From an uncultured Vibrio sp. (GTDB lineage: Bacteria; Pseudomonadota; Gammaproteobacteria; Enterobacterales; Vibrionaceae): 64,000 nucleotides of DNA. A model generated the notes under the pieces. It was not told where the DNA came from, did not search any database, and saw nothing but the letters and a program-made list of their open reading frames with translations. The stretch covers positions 19,797 through 83,796 of the forward strand of contig CAXXNB010000010.1 in NCBI GenBank assembly GCA_963676525.2. Reading direction: 5' to 3'. Every line of letters begins with the position of its first letter. Within the stretch, counting starts at the first letter, position 1. Both the position numbers and the translations under genes were made by a program. Below, piece by piece: positions 47,507 through 58,623 of the stretch.

Positions 47507-48541
47507 ATGAAAAAGTTACTTGTCATCAGAAACGATAAAATTGGTGACTTTATGCTAGCATGGCCGAGTTTCGCCATGCTCAAAGCTTCTATTCCTGATT
47601 GCCATATAACAGCATTAGTACCTAAGTATACGGTGGCTTTGGCGCAGTTATGTCCCTGGATTGATGATGTAATCGAAGATCCAACCAAAAAAGCGTCCAA
47701 AGAATCACAGCAAGCCGTTATTGAAGAGATTCGTCAGTGTCAGTTTGATGCCTCAATCAATCTGTTTTCGACTACTTATAATGCTCTGCTGGTGTGGAAA
47801 GCGAAAATTCCTTATCGACTGGCACCAGCTACTAAGGTGGCACAGCTTTTTTATAATCGACGAATCAAACAAAAACGCTCACAGTCCCAAAAACCGGAAT
47901 TTGAATATAATTTAGATCTGATCCGGGCATTTTTACGAGATAACCAGATTCCCGTGATTGAACCCTCCGCGCCATATTTATCTTTTAACGAATCTGAATT
48001 AGCTAAACAAAAAAGCAAGTTAGCTGCTCAGTTAAGTATTAGTCCGAATAAACCGTGGATTTATCTGCATGCCGGAAGTGGTGGTTCGGCCAATAATTTA
48101 TCTTTAGAGCAGTACTGTCAGCTGGTTGATGGTATTGAAGGTTATTTTGAAGTGGTACTTACGGCTGGTCCGGGTGAAGAAGAAAAAGCATATCAATTAC
48201 AGTCTCTGATTAATAAACACGGTGAGAAAGCTGTGGTGTATGATAAAAATGATGGCTTGGTGGATTTTGCCAAATCTATTGCGTGCGCAGATGTGTTTAT
48301 TGCTGGCTCGACTGGACCGCTGCATATAGCTGCCGCTATTGATGTTCCAACGATAGGTTTTTTCCCAGCCAAACGCTCTGCAACACCTTTGCGCTGGCGA
48401 CCAATAAACTCTAAAGGTCGCCATATCGCATTTTGTCCGCCAAAAGCGGGCAATAAACAGCAACAGGAAAACATGGCCAATATCAATATCAGCCATGTAT
48501 TAGTAGATGTTAATCCTTGGGTGAAGACGTACTTGTTCTGA
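47507..48541 (+). CDS. GT9 family LPS heptosyltransferase
   Basis: [10 protein letters not shown] and [13 protein letters not shown]. Confidence 0.9.
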   Translation: MKKLLVIRNDKIGDFMLAWPSFAMLKASIPDCHITALVPKYTVALAQLCPWIDDVIEDPTKKASKESQQAVIEEIRQCQFDASINLFSTTYNALLVWKAKIPYRLAPATKVAQLFYNRRIKQKRSQSQKPEFEYNLDLIRAFLRDNQIPVIEPSAPYLSFNESELAKQKSKLAAQLSISPNKPWIYLHAGSGGSANNLSLEQYCQLVDGIEGYFEVVLTAGPGEEEKAYQLQSLINKHGEKAVVYDKNDGLVDFAKSIACADVFIAGSTGPLHIAAAIDVPTIGFFPAKRSATPLRWRPINSKGRHIAFCPPKAGNKQQQENMANINISHVLVDVNPWVKTYLF

Positions 48542-49289
48542 CCCACAAATCCGCATATTTTACAAAGGTGGAATGTGCGGATAAGAATGACAGTAAGAAT
48601 CCCTGTTTACCATCAAGAAAACCGGCTTTGATAATATACATTTTTACAAAGCAGCCTATAGCATGGATTAGTCCCTGGCTGATACTGCTTTTTTTACCTC
48701 GTTTTTCACGCTGTTCCGCCCAGGCTTTGGCATATCCAGCGGATTTTACTAAGTAATGGTGAATATCGTCATAGGTGTAGTGAATCGCATCCCCGGAAAG
48801 ATTGGCAACTTTCATCGCAGCGGTTACTTCAACTTTTTCATGCACCAGAGCATCGTTGTATTGAGTCAGTTTTGTTGGATAGAGGCGCAGTACCAGATCC
48901 GGATACCAGCCACAATGGCGAATAAAACGCCCGAATACCCAGCTTAAACGGGAAATTTGATAAACCGTATCTGGCTTATTTTCTTGTACTGCCTTCTGAA
49001 TGCTTACTTTAAGCTCCGGTGTAACCCGTTCATCAGCATCGAGCCAGAGAACATAATCCGATTCAACATAGGATTGCGCTAAGCGGCGTTGCGGACCAAA
49101 TCCAGGCCATTCTTTATTGGTATAAAATTTATCGGTAAATTGTCTGGCGATCTCTTCTGTGTTATCTGTACTTCCGGAATCAAGAATGACTATTTCATCC
49201 ACCCAGTCATGTACGGTTTCTAAACAGGCTTTGAGATGTTTGGCTTCGTTTCTGACGATAAGTGCAACAGCTAAAGTTGATTGAGTCAC
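48510..49289 (-). CDS. GT2 family LPS core glycosyltransferase (WaaE/LgtF-like)
   Basis: [23 protein letters not shown] and VHEK. Confidence 0.9.
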   Translation of the reverse strand: MTQSTLAVALIVRNEAKHLKACLETVHDWVDEIVILDSGSTDNTEEIARQFTDKFYTNKEWPGFGPQRRLAQSYVESDYVLWLDADERVTPELKVSIQKAVQENKPDTVYQISRLSWVFGRFIRHCGWYPDLVLRLYPTKLTQYNDALVHEKVEVTAAMKVANLSGDAIHYTYDDIHHYLVKSAGYAKAWAEQREKRGKKSSISQGLIHAIGCFVKMYIIKAGFLDGKQGFLLSFLSAHSTFVKYADLWVRTSTSSPKD

Positions 49290-50368
49290 TATTGAGTTTC
49301 TCCGGTTTTAATCGTTTCGATTTTGTAATCACAGACAATTTTATCAAACATAGCAATCACCTGCTCACTTTGGATGCGATTCATTGCTGATTTATCTTTC
49401 ACTCTGGTGCGCCAACTGAGTTCCGATATCTCTTTCCCTGTTTCCTCTTTGATGGCTTCTTCGTAGGCTGAAACCACATACTCCTGATAACAGTATGGTC
49501 CGGTTCGTTTTGGGTTGTGATGTGCATAAAGCCCGATAACCGGAGTGCTCATCGCATTTGCCATATGGGCCGGACCAGTATCTGGAGCAATCACCAAGTC
49601 GCATTTATCCAGTAATGCCAACATCTGTTTTAGTGAGCTTGAACCCACTAAATTTGTCACGGGGTGGGCTAGTTTACTTTCGATTTCATTCGCAAGATCA
49701 ACTTCGACCTTAGCTGGTGAGCCCGCAAGAATGACATTCCACCCAAGATTCTGAGCATGATGAATAACATCTGCATAACCGTCTGCATGCCAGTTTTTGT
49801 AAGCTTTACTTGCACCGGGAACAATAACCAAATTATGTTGATTGGGAGAAAGATGTGACTGAGCCCATTGCAAATCTTCACTGGAATAAGTAAGTGACCA
49901 CTTTGGATCTATATCATTGATACCCAGATATTGGGCAAAAGCTAGCATGCCATCTAAAACATGGAATCCGGTTGGAGAGGGTACTTTTTTATTGGTAAAC
50001 CAGGTCTGAAAATCCTGACTGCGCTGAGCGTCAAAACCAAGTTTATATTTTGCTCTTATCCCCAGAGTTGCAATACTTGCCCGAAATGCATACTGCATAT
50101 GTAACAAAGCATCAAATTTATGTCCTTTCAGCTCGGCCCAAAGCTGTTTATAAGCTGCCCAGCCCTGCTTTTTATCAAAGATAATGGCTTTGATACCAGG
50201 AAGGTCGCCAATGAGTTGAGCTTCTAATTTCCCCGTTATCCAGGTTATTTGGGTTTCTGGCCATTGTCTTTGTATGGATTGTACAACAGCAACTGCATTG
50301 CAAACATCACCAATAGCGGATAGACGTAGTACGCAAATGGATTTAGGAGCAGACTCAAATAACGCCAT
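49289..50368 (-). CDS. GT9 family heptosyltransferase (OpsX-like)
   Basis: RLSAIGDVC and [11 protein letters not shown]. Divergent from kdkA. Confidence 0.88.
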   Translation of the reverse strand: MALFESAPKSICVLRLSAIGDVCNAVAVVQSIQRQWPETQITWITGKLEAQLIGDLPGIKAIIFDKKQGWAAYKQLWAELKGHKFDALLHMQYAFRASIATLGIRAKYKLGFDAQRSQDFQTWFTNKKVPSPTGFHVLDGMLAFAQYLGINDIDPKWSLTYSSEDLQWAQSHLSPNQHNLVIVPGASKAYKNWHADGYADVIHHAQNLGWNVILAGSPAKVEVDLANEIESKLAHPVTNLVGSSSLKQMLALLDKCDLVIAPDTGPAHMANAMSTPVIGLYAHHNPKRTGPYCYQEYVVSAYEEAIKEETGKEISELSWRTRVKDKSAMNRIQSEQVIAMFDKIVCDYKIETIKTGETQ

Positions 50369-50439
50369 GGGGTTCTCGTTCTAAAAAGAAAGTGACAAGA
50401 ATTATGCAGATAGCGAAGGAAAATGTAAAATAGTTGATA

Positions 50440-50600
50440 GGAAGATAGGGAAGATAGGGAAGATAGGGAAGATAGGGAAGATAAGGAAGGTAGGAAATAA
50501 AGGAAATAAAGGAAATAAAGGAAATAAAGGAAATAAAGGAAGGCAAGGAAATGAGGGAAGGTAAGGAAATGAGGGAAGGTAAGGAAATAAAGGAACAAAG
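50440..50600 (+). repeat. Phased array of 18 units, each starting GGAA (17 are 9 nt, one is 8 nt)
   Basis: ggaagatag x4, ggaagataa, ggaaggta, ggaaataaa x5, ggaaggcaa, (ggaaatgag ggaaggtaa) x2, ggaaataaa, ggaacaaag. Confidence 0.93.
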
Positions 50601-50625
50601 GGATCTGGGATATTAGTGAGTATTT

Positions 50626-51333
50626 GTGAAAACAGTTGAAAATAAAAAACTAAAAGTCTGGTTTGATGAAGCGTTGTTGAACGTTGCACCTGAAAATTGT
50701 TTTGATCCTGAGTTCTGGCAACAACAAGGCAAAGTTATCGGTAGCGCTCAGGGACGTGGTACTACCTGGTTTATTCAGTTGGATGGTATTCAGGGCGCAT
50801 TACGTCATTATCGTCGTGGCGGACTTTTTGGTAAGTTGGTAAGTGATCACTATATTTTTACTGGTTGGGAAAACACTCGTAGCTATCAGGAATTTATGAT
50901 TCTGAATCATTTAATCCGGGCTGGTGTGAATGTCCCTCGGGCAGTGGCTGCCCGAGCGATAAAAAAACATGTTTGTTATCAGGCTGATTTAATAACCGAA
51001 AAGATTCCTAATGCCCGTGATCTTGTCTCTATTTTACAGGAACAGCCACTTAGTGATGCGATGTATCAGAAAATAGGCAAAGAAATTCGTAAAATGCACG
51101 ATGCTCAGGTAAATCATACCGATCTCAATATTCATAATATTCTGATTGATGATCAGGAAAATGTCTGGATTATTGATTTTGATAAGTGTGTGAATCAGCC
51201 TGGTGACTCATGGAAATCTCAAAACCTTGATAGACTTAAGCGTTCATTTTTAAAAGAACAACAGAAAAGAAATATTCTGTGGCAACCTGCCTTATTTGAT
51301 TTATTACACCGGGCTTACAGTGAATCATTCTAA
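50626..51333 (+). CDS. kdkA: Kdo kinase
   Basis: GSAQGRGTTWF, LRHYRRGG, HTDLNIHNIL, IIDFDKC and NLDRLKRS. Confidence 0.96.
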   Translation: MKTVENKKLKVWFDEALLNVAPENCFDPEFWQQQGKVIGSAQGRGTTWFIQLDGIQGALRHYRRGGLFGKLVSDHYIFTGWENTRSYQEFMILNHLIRAGVNVPRAVAARAIKKHVCYQADLITEKIPNARDLVSILQEQPLSDAMYQKIGKEIRKMHDAQVNHTDLNIHNILIDDQENVWIIDFDKCVNQPGDSWKSQNLDRLKRSFLKEQQKRNILWQPALFDLLHRAYSESF

Positions 51334-52388
51334 TGAAAAAAAATATTATTATTATCAAGCTACAGCTGTACAGAGATATCATTCGTAGACAATTAGGTTT
51401 ACTTATATTTGATCGGGAAAAAAAGTCTGATTTTGATCTGACCCAGACAAAGAGTCTTTTGTTTATTCGTAACGATGCCAAACTTGGTGATGCAATTGTT
51501 TCATCCTGTGTGATCAAAAAAATTCGCAAGTATCGCCCTGATATTAAAATTATGGTGATGACGACTCCAAATATGACCGAGCTTTTTAAAGAAGGATTTG
51601 GCATTGATGAAGTTATTCATTTGAAAAAACGCCCATCATATTCTGAAATTAAACTGGTTTGTGAAAGTTTAGGTCCGATAGATGTCGCAGTGTCATTAAA
51701 TCCAGATATGAAAATGAAAGATATCTATTTGCATCGATGTCTTCAGTCCAAAGTGAATATCGGTTTGGATAAGCGAGTGAAACTGGTCAATAAAAATATT
51801 GCCGACCAAATATCACATGTTCACTATGCGATGAAGTTTGATTATATTGCAAAAGAACTCGGTATTGATGAAGAGCAGGAAAAATATATAGTTCCTTTGA
51901 AACAAGGGTCATTAGATAAAGTGGATGCTTTTTTGCAGGATAATGCTATTAAAAATTATATCCTGTTTAATCCGTTTGGAAGTGGCAGTACCAGAAAGCT
52001 CAATAAAGCCAATATTCAAAAAATTATAAAGTGTATCCACAATAAAGAACCATCACGTCAGGTGGTATTATTGTCTTCACCAGATACTCGAACTGAACTC
52101 AATAAAATGAATATTTGCGATAATAAGCTTGTGTTCCATTTTGACCAAAGTGATTCGATTTATGATGCGATTGCTATCGTAGAACGAGCTGATAGTGTTA
52201 TTACTGTCGATACATCAATCGTACATATTGCGACTGGTTTAGGTAAAAGACAGATTGCAATCTATAAAGATGAACTAGAGAATTTCCAAAATTGGGGGCC
52301 AAATTCAGATCTGGCAACTCCTGTTTTTTCAGCAATTGACAATATTAATGATATCAATACCACAGAAATTGAGAGTACTTGGCAATAA
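51333..52388 (+). CDS. GT9 family glycosyltransferase
   Basis: RNDAKLGDAIV, FNPFGS, ITVDTSIVHIA and NWGP. Confidence 0.85.
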   Translation: MKKNIIIIKLQLYRDIIRRQLGLLIFDREKKSDFDLTQTKSLLFIRNDAKLGDAIVSSCVIKKIRKYRPDIKIMVMTTPNMTELFKEGFGIDEVIHLKKRPSYSEIKLVCESLGPIDVAVSLNPDMKMKDIYLHRCLQSKVNIGLDKRVKLVNKNIADQISHVHYAMKFDYIAKELGIDEEQEKYIVPLKQGSLDKVDAFLQDNAIKNYILFNPFGSGSTRKLNKANIQKIIKCIHNKEPSRQVVLLSSPDTRTELNKMNICDNKLVFHFDQSDSIYDAIAIVERADSVITVDTSIVHIATGLGKRQIAIYKDELENFQNWGPNSDLATPVFSAIDNINDINTTEIESTWQ

Positions 52389-52477
52389 TGAGTGAATTAA
52401 GAAGCTAGCAACATTATTGAAAATATTGCTAGCATTTTGATTTTATAGAATATAATAAATGGTTTTTGAAATAGGAA

Positions 52478-53395
52478 CTATATATTTTTAATATAATCAA
52501 CTAAATCCATGAAATTTTTTGAAACTTTATTCCTATATTCAAATACGTCCAACTTATTTACAGTGAAATATTCATTTGGCTTTATCTTTTTATGAAAAAC
52601 ATCATTAACTAAGCCTTCAAACTTTCCGGAATATATATTCCTTTTTTTATCGAATTGTTCGCCATAAGAAACTTTTTCAGCAGAACATAATGAACATAAG
52701 AAAGTATGCAATCTATTGCTATGAACATATCGGTAGCTTTGAATATCTTGAATATATAAATCTAAAGCATTTCTGATGAAAGGTTCTTTATGAGATATAT
52801 ATAAAGTTTCATCCTTATTCCATGATGTTAGTGGAAATAGCATGATAAGCCAATCACCTAAGTGGACAACATTATCGGTTGAAATATTTAATTTATTTAA
52901 AAATTTTATATCTTTCTCGTATCTTATAAAGATTTTATCAAATTGGTTGATGCATTTTTCAAATAGCACTTTGTCCTTTTCTAACATTTCATAATATTGA
53001 AATCCACATATTCCAATTACATGTTTAGCTTTAGACAGATATTCATAAAAATCATCACTAATCATATTGTGATATATGCTATTCCCTGTTCCTATTATTA
53101 CCAGGTCATAATCTTCAGGGTTTTTAGCTAAAACTTCAGGATCATCAAAATCAATGCTAGCTATGTTTGGAATAAGAGAGGTAAGCATAGAGATATTATG
53201 GTAGCCGAGTCTGTCACCAAAATTCCGCATAAAAATTTTAGAAGATATTAAAACTTTCATACCTCCATTTGCAAAATCAGAATTAATATTTCTTTTCTTT
53301 GTTCCGACTTCCACATGTTTTTTAAAAAGTAACTCTTCTTTATATAAATACGGAATGTTTTTAATGAATTTACGCAATAATTTGAAATAATTCAT
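52478..53395 (-). CDS. Polysaccharide pyruvyl transferase-like protein
   Basis: NFGD, IIGTGNSI, IFIRYE, GDW and SNRLH patterns. Confidence 0.6.
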   Translation of the reverse strand: MNYFKLLRKFIKNIPYLYKEELLFKKHVEVGTKKRNINSDFANGGMKVLISSKIFMRNFGDRLGYHNISMLTSLIPNIASIDFDDPEVLAKNPEDYDLVIIGTGNSIYHNMISDDFYEYLSKAKHVIGICGFQYYEMLEKDKVLFEKCINQFDKIFIRYEKDIKFLNKLNISTDNVVHLGDWLIMLFPLTSWNKDETLYISHKEPFIRNALDLYIQDIQSYRYVHSNRLHTFLCSLCSAEKVSYGEQFDKKRNIYSGKFEGLVNDVFHKKIKPNEYFTVNKLDVFEYRNKVSKNFMDLVDYIKNI

Positions 53396-53428
53396 GATTT
53401 TAATTTTTACCTAAAGGACCATGTATGG

Positions 53429-54697
53429 TTAGTTAATCATATTTAATAATGTTTTTGCGATTGCACCCTTATTTTCCTCAACAAAGGCGATAGCATTGGA
53501 TGATGCTGTCTGACTTGATTTTTTATCAGTAAGCAATTTTACCACATTAGGTGCGATTTCATTATTGATATTTATGATGATTAATGCCCCATGTTTTTCT
53601 AATTCTAACGTGATATCTTTGAAATTAAAGTAGCTTGGCCCAATTATTGTTGGGATTCCCATCGATGCCGGCTCAAGAACATTATGGCCACCAACCTTAT
53701 CTCCAAGCAAACTCCCCCCCATAAAACAGACATCTGAAGAACCAAGCAACAGTAACATCTCTCCCATAGTATCAGCCAGATAAACCTGCTCATTCGTTAT
53801 AGTCTGATTTGATGAACGTCTAACGACGCTAAAACCATTTTTTTTAATCAGATTATAAACATCTTGGAAACGTTCAGGATGTCTGGGTACTATAATTAGA
53901 AGTACATCAGGGAACGTGTCTAAAACCTTTTTATGGGCATCTAATAAGATCTGGTCTTCTCCTTCATGAGTACTGGCCGCAATCCATATAGGTCGTTGTG
54001 AGCCGAGTTCTTGTCTTAGAGCTTTGGAGTTAGTATAGATTGTTTCTGATATATCAACGTCGTACTTGATTGAACCAGTGACAGTTAAACAATTTGCAGA
54101 CATACCTAATTGTTCAAAGCGTTGTTTATCTGATTCGGTTTGGCAAAAAATATGATCTAGTGAGGTCAAGCAAGGCTTGATCAGCCAGGATAATCTAGTG
54201 TAATTGCGATATGACTTCTCAGATAAGCGAGCGTTAACAACAGATGTTTTTATGCCATATTTACGAGCAATAGTTAATGTATTTGGCCAAAGTTCCGTTT
54301 CCATTATCACTAAATGAGTTGGCCTGATATTCTTTATAAAACGCTTTACTGCAAAAGGAAAATCCAGAGGCATATACCTATGTTCCGCAATACCAGCTAA
54401 CTTTTGTGCCTGTTCTGCTCCGGTTGGTGTTGTAGTCGTCAGAACTATTGTAGCTTCTGGATATTTTTGGTGTAGACGTTTAACTAGTGGCGTGACGGCA
54501 ATCGTTTCTCCTACTGATACCGCATGCACCCAAATGGTTTGCTTGTCATTTGCTTGTTTTATGGCAGGCGTTATACCAAAAAGTTCTGGCCAGCGAGATC
54601 CTATACTTGGTCTGTTGGTTTTTTTTTTCAAAAGCCCCCAGAGAAATAGGGGGGCTACTATGTATAAAACAACGGTATACAGTAATCTGATAATCAT
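53429..54697 (-). CDS. waaA: Kdo transferase
   Basis: WVHAVSVGE, ETELWPN, NARLS, AASTHEGE, VPRHPERF and GGHNVLEP. Confidence 0.97.
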   Translation of the reverse strand: MIIRLLYTVVLYIVAPLFLWGLLKKKTNRPSIGSRWPELFGITPAIKQANDKQTIWVHAVSVGETIAVTPLVKRLHQKYPEATIVLTTTTPTGAEQAQKLAGIAEHRYMPLDFPFAVKRFIKNIRPTHLVIMETELWPNTLTIARKYGIKTSVVNARLSEKSYRNYTRLSWLIKPCLTSLDHIFCQTESDKQRFEQLGMSANCLTVTGSIKYDVDISETIYTNSKALRQELGSQRPIWIAASTHEGEDQILLDAHKKVLDTFPDVLLIIVPRHPERFQDVYNLIKKNGFSVVRRSSNQTITNEQVYLADTMGEMLLLLGSSDVCFMGGSLLGDKVGGHNVLEPASMGIPTIIGPSYFNFKDITLELEKHGALIIININNEIAPNVVKLLTDKKSSQTASSNAIAFVEENKGAIAKTLLNMIN

Positions 54698-54700
54698 AGT

Positions 54701-55489
54701 TTATTTTTTGATTAAATCTTTTGGGTCTTTATGAGTCCATTTACCTTTGGGTTTATCCAGATATTGGAAGTACTCATTTGTGAATGTTCCCTGGATACAA
54801 ATATGACGTCTTCTGCCTGAGTTTACCTGTTTTCCTTGTAAAACTCGATTGAGGACATCTGGTCCTGTCACACCATAGACACCTTTCTTTCCATCATGAT
54901 TATTTATATTGTTGACTATCATTTCTATGGCTGCAGTGTAATGTTCATTATTCGGTGCTGTTGCCAAAAAAAAGTTTGTAAATTCAGTATCATTTTTGAT
55001 TTTAATGTACAGAGCATCTTTTACATTTTGTAATGTTTTTCTTAAGGGCCAGACAAAAGTAGCATCAATGTCCATATAGATACCACCTTGTTGGTTAAGA
55101 ACTACCAGACGCCACAAATCAGCTTGGGCAGCACCATCATTTAATTTCATAAATGCATTATAAACGTGAGCAGGAGCATGCTCTTTCATGAACTCTTCGC
55201 GCGCTTCAGTACTCACATAGTGATATTCATAATCCAATGACATTAATCGGTTAAGCAGGTAGTTTAGATACACTGGTAATGTACAGCGATTTGAATAATT
55301 TGTTTGCCATATGCAACGAGGAATATTACTCGTGTTGCTCCAGTTGACTTTTGCTCCAGAATTCTCAGGAATAGTAAACCTATACTTAGGTAATATAAAA
55401 TGAAAAGGATAAGATAATATTTTAAAAATATTACCTGTTAACCTGATTAACCTATTTGTTATTATCATTGGTTTCATTTTTAACACCAT
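54701..55489 (-). CDS. GT32 (OCH1-like) DXD glycosyltransferase
   Basis: IPRCIWQT, AQADLWRL, GGIYMDID and TGP. Confidence 0.88.
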   Translation of the reverse strand: MVLKMKPMIITNRLIRLTGNIFKILSYPFHFILPKYRFTIPENSGAKVNWSNTSNIPRCIWQTNYSNRCTLPVYLNYLLNRLMSLDYEYHYVSTEAREEFMKEHAPAHVYNAFMKLNDGAAQADLWRLVVLNQQGGIYMDIDATFVWPLRKTLQNVKDALYIKIKNDTEFTNFFLATAPNNEHYTAAIEMIVNNINNHDGKKGVYGVTGPDVLNRVLQGKQVNSGRRRHICIQGTFTNEYFQYLDKPKGKWTHKDPKDLIKK

Positions 55490-56699
55490 TTTGAGCTAAA
55501 TTATAAGTTGAACACCACAAAGTGAATAATATTACTGTTTGAAAGCTTAATTCGTTACTGTAGAGCGTGCCTACTATTAAATAACAGATTATAAGGCAAA
55601 ATGATGACATCCCCCAAACATTATCTTTACTTATCTTAATTGATTTTATGATTAAGCTGATTATCAACATATAGAAGGCTATGCTATATAGTAAACCATG
55701 TTTACTAATATTGTTCATATAAGCACTATGATGGTCATTCAGTGAAAATGCTTTAGGGCGGTCATTTATATCTGGGAAAATATTTTCTGTTAAAAATATA
55801 GTGTATTTATTTTTAAAATTAGATTCTTGTGTGCCAAATAACAAATCTCGCGGTTCATTCTTTGCTTTGTCTATTATATATAAAATCCCATTACGATACA
55901 TCTCTAGTCTTGCAGTGTTTGATTCGTTTGTTGATGTGTTACTAATGGTTTTTATAGTATGATTTATATTTTTTGAGATAGGGTTGTTTGTTGCTAATAC
56001 AATGGCAGATAAGAACGTAAGGATAACAATTGATTTTATTAATAAATTTCTTTTATAAAAGATTAAAAATACCCCTAGTGTTAAAAATATGGCAATATAA
56101 ACAATTCGACCTCCAGTAAATATTGCTGATGGAAGTAGTAGTATGAAAAATAAAATAAAAATAATTCTTTTATTTGTGTTTTTATGAAAGCATAGAGGAA
56201 AAATAAGCACTATAGAATAACATAATAACTCTCTCCATCGACCTTTATCCCAGAAACTTCTGGATTCTATTGTAAAGAATGGGTGACTACTTATATACAT
56301 GAGATAATATGAGTAAACACATGCCAATATTAACCCAATAAAAAACCCCATTATTAATAATTTGTTAGCGTTGAAATTTTCTTTTGTCTGAGATATTCCT
56401 ATATTTATTAAAGATGGAATTAATAATAAGAAAAATGCTTTTCTAAAAAAATACACTGAATCTGAAATGTTAAAATTTGATAAATATGCTCCGACAGTAC
56501 CAATACTACATGCCAAAATGCTTAATATTAACAAATTTTTATTTTTATTATGTTTTTTTTCAAAAAAAATATAATACATTAAAATTAATGCTGGAAAAAT
56601 ATATACGCCACCTTTAAATGTAGATAAAGATAATCCAGTCAAAAAGAAAATTATTAAAATAAAGGTGTTATTCTTTATCATATGCTTCATTGTATCCAT
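55452..56699 (-). CDS. O-antigen ligase (WaaL/Wzy_C) family membrane protein
   Basis: About 12 TM segments with TGGR, SNTARLEMY and HHSAYMN. Very AT-rich. Confidence 0.8.
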   Translation of the reverse strand: MDTMKHMIKNNTFILIIFFLTGLSLSTFKGGVYIFPALILMYYIFFEKKHNKNKNLLILSILACSIGTVGAYLSNFNISDSVYFFRKAFFLLLIPSLINIGISQTKENFNANKLLIMGFFIGLILACVYSYYLMYISSHPFFTIESRSFWDKGRWRELLCYSIVLIFPLCFHKNTNKRIIFILFFILLLPSAIFTGGRIVYIAIFLTLGVFLIFYKRNLLIKSIVILTFLSAIVLATNNPISKNINHTIKTISNTSTNESNTARLEMYRNGILYIIDKAKNEPRDLLFGTQESNFKNKYTIFLTENIFPDINDRPKAFSLNDHHSAYMNNISKHGLLYSIAFYMLIISLIIKSIKISKDNVWGMSSFCLIICYLIVGTLYSNELSFQTVILFTLWCSTYNLAQNGVKNETNDNNK

Positions 56700-57489
56700 T
56701 TTTTGCTATAAACTCTTTATTTGATATTGTTTCTTCAAATATTTTGACAGCTTCAGGTAAACGAGGTAACTCTGGATGCTGAATATGAAGCATATTAGCC
56801 TGAAAGAAAAGATTCTTAACTTTCTTTCCTGAGTTTACTAATCTGTATTCAATATCGGTATCTTCACCAATACTTGCTACTTCATAATTATTGTTAAACC
56901 CATTAATTGATATTATATCTTCTTTATATAAAGAGATATTACATCCAACTATACCTTTATTTTTCCTATTCAACCAATCAGATAATGTTTTGTTTGTAAA
57001 ACGCAATCCTTTTTCTATATTTTTCCCTTTACCAAAAATATAATTTATAAATATGGAGGCAATGTTTGATGAAAAAAATATTTGTGGTTGATGTGAATTT
57101 AGTAACTGATCCTTATATATATTTGGTAAATCTACTCGCCGACCATTTAATATAAAGTTTTTTTCTTTATTATTCATATGATCTTCTATGAAATGCTCTT
57201 GAGGAATACAATCACCATCTATGAATATAAGATAATCAGAACGAGCTATATGGATAGCTTTATTGAGAATTCTATTTTTCCTAAAATTAAGATCTTTTTG
57301 CCATACATGCTGTATATCTATGGAGGAAGATGAAATGATACTAGCTACAATAGCTGTAGATTCTTCATTTGAACCATCGTCAGCAATAATAACTTCAAAA
57401 TTATCTTTTTGGTTTTCAAGAGAACGAATGATTGTTTTTAGTGCGGCAGTATTATTATAAAATGAAATAATTACAGATGCTGAAAACAT
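56668..57489 (-). CDS. GT2 family glycosyltransferase
   Basis: IADDGS, NRILNKA, FIDGDCIP, GCNIS and GEDTDIEYRL. Confidence 0.9.
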   Translation of the reverse strand: MFSASVIISFYNNTAALKTIIRSLENQKDNFEVIIADDGSNEESTAIVASIISSSSIDIQHVWQKDLNFRKNRILNKAIHIARSDYLIFIDGDCIPQEHFIEDHMNNKEKNFILNGRRVDLPNIYKDQLLNSHQPQIFFSSNIASIFINYIFGKGKNIEKGLRFTNKTLSDWLNRKNKGIVGCNISLYKEDIISINGFNNNYEVASIGEDTDIEYRLVNSGKKVKNLFFQANMLHIQHPELPRLPEAVKIFEETISNKEFIAKNGYNEAYDKE

Positions 57490-57507
57490 ATTTAACCTTT
57501 TGCAAAA

Positions 57508-58530
57508 TTATAAATTGTTATAGCTCTCTATAACTTTATCTACTGATAAATCATTCAAACATTTCATGTGTCCCAAAGGACACTCTCTTTTAAAGCAGGG
57601 TCTACAGCTAATATCTGTGCTTACAATAGCCACTTTACTGGATAACGGTGGCGTATATTGTGGTGATGTTGAACCATAGATAGCCACAATTTGACATCCT
57701 ACAGCTGCAGCAACATGCATTAACCCAGAATCATTGCAGAATACCGTTTTACACATGGCCAGCAGATCAACCGCTTCGATCAATGACGTTAATCCTGCCA
57801 AATTATAGCAATGAGGTTGTTGTTCTTCAGGTAACGAATTGAGAATTTTGTTGGTTACTTCCTGATCTTTTGTTGAACCAAACATCCATACTTGTTTCCC
57901 CTGTGTGATTAGATAAGAGGTTAGTTCAGCATAATATTCATCGGGCCATCTTTTGGCTGGTCCGAACTCGGCACCAGGACAAGTCCCAATAATTTCTCTG
58001 TCAGAAGTGAGTCTTAGTTTTTCTTTTAGGTGCTGTTGATTTACTGCAGAAACCGTCAGCAATGGTTGTGGACAAAGAGCTAACGATATCTCATCTTTCA
58101 TTGTCGATTTTTCAGACGCTAAAGCAACATAGCGTTCTACCATATACTGAAAAACGGTTTTATCTGGTCGCAGATCGTTCAGAAGCCCATAACGCACTTC
58201 ACCCTTCCATCCGATACGTTTGGGAATTCTGGCAAAAAATGGAATTAAAGCGGATTTGGCTGAATTAGGTAAAACAAAGGCGTGTGTATAATGATTTTTT
58301 GCTAACTGACGGCCTAAGTTCCAACGACCTTTTAGATTGAAAGCGCCATGACCAATAGGCATTTCGAATGTATTATCAATCTGTGGCATTCTTTCTAAAA
58401 TAGGCTTGCACCATTGAGGTGCCAAGACATCAATGGTTGCATCGGGGTGGCGATTTTTCAGTTCGATATACAGGCTTTGTGACATAACCATGTCGCCAAC
58501 CCACGAAGGTCCTACAACAAGAATTTTCAT
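57508..58530 (-). CDS. waaF: ADP-heptose:LPS heptosyltransferase II
   Basis: GPSWVGDMVM, LPNSAKSAL, CPGAEFGPAKRWP and NDSGLMHVAAA. Confidence 0.96.
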   Translation of the reverse strand: MKILVVGPSWVGDMVMSQSLYIELKNRHPDATIDVLAPQWCKPILERMPQIDNTFEMPIGHGAFNLKGRWNLGRQLAKNHYTHAFVLPNSAKSALIPFFARIPKRIGWKGEVRYGLLNDLRPDKTVFQYMVERYVALASEKSTMKDEISLALCPQPLLTVSAVNQQHLKEKLRLTSDREIIGTCPGAEFGPAKRWPDEYYAELTSYLITQGKQVWMFGSTKDQEVTNKILNSLPEEQQPHCYNLAGLTSLIEAVDLLAMCKTVFCNDSGLMHVAAAVGCQIVAIYGSTSPQYTPPLSSKVAIVSTDISCRPCFKRECPLGHMKCLNDLSVDKVIESYNNL

Positions 58531-58623
58531 TGGTATTTATGATAACTCTAAATTTACATTTCACTGACTGAATGGTAGCACTAGATACTAGGTTAAGTAC
58601 AATATATAACTGTTTTATATTTA

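Noticed and set aside
50245-50689. ORFs with FLY/SSL, ISF/LPY and FPL/PIF repeats
   Set aside because: Frame translations of the 9-nt array.
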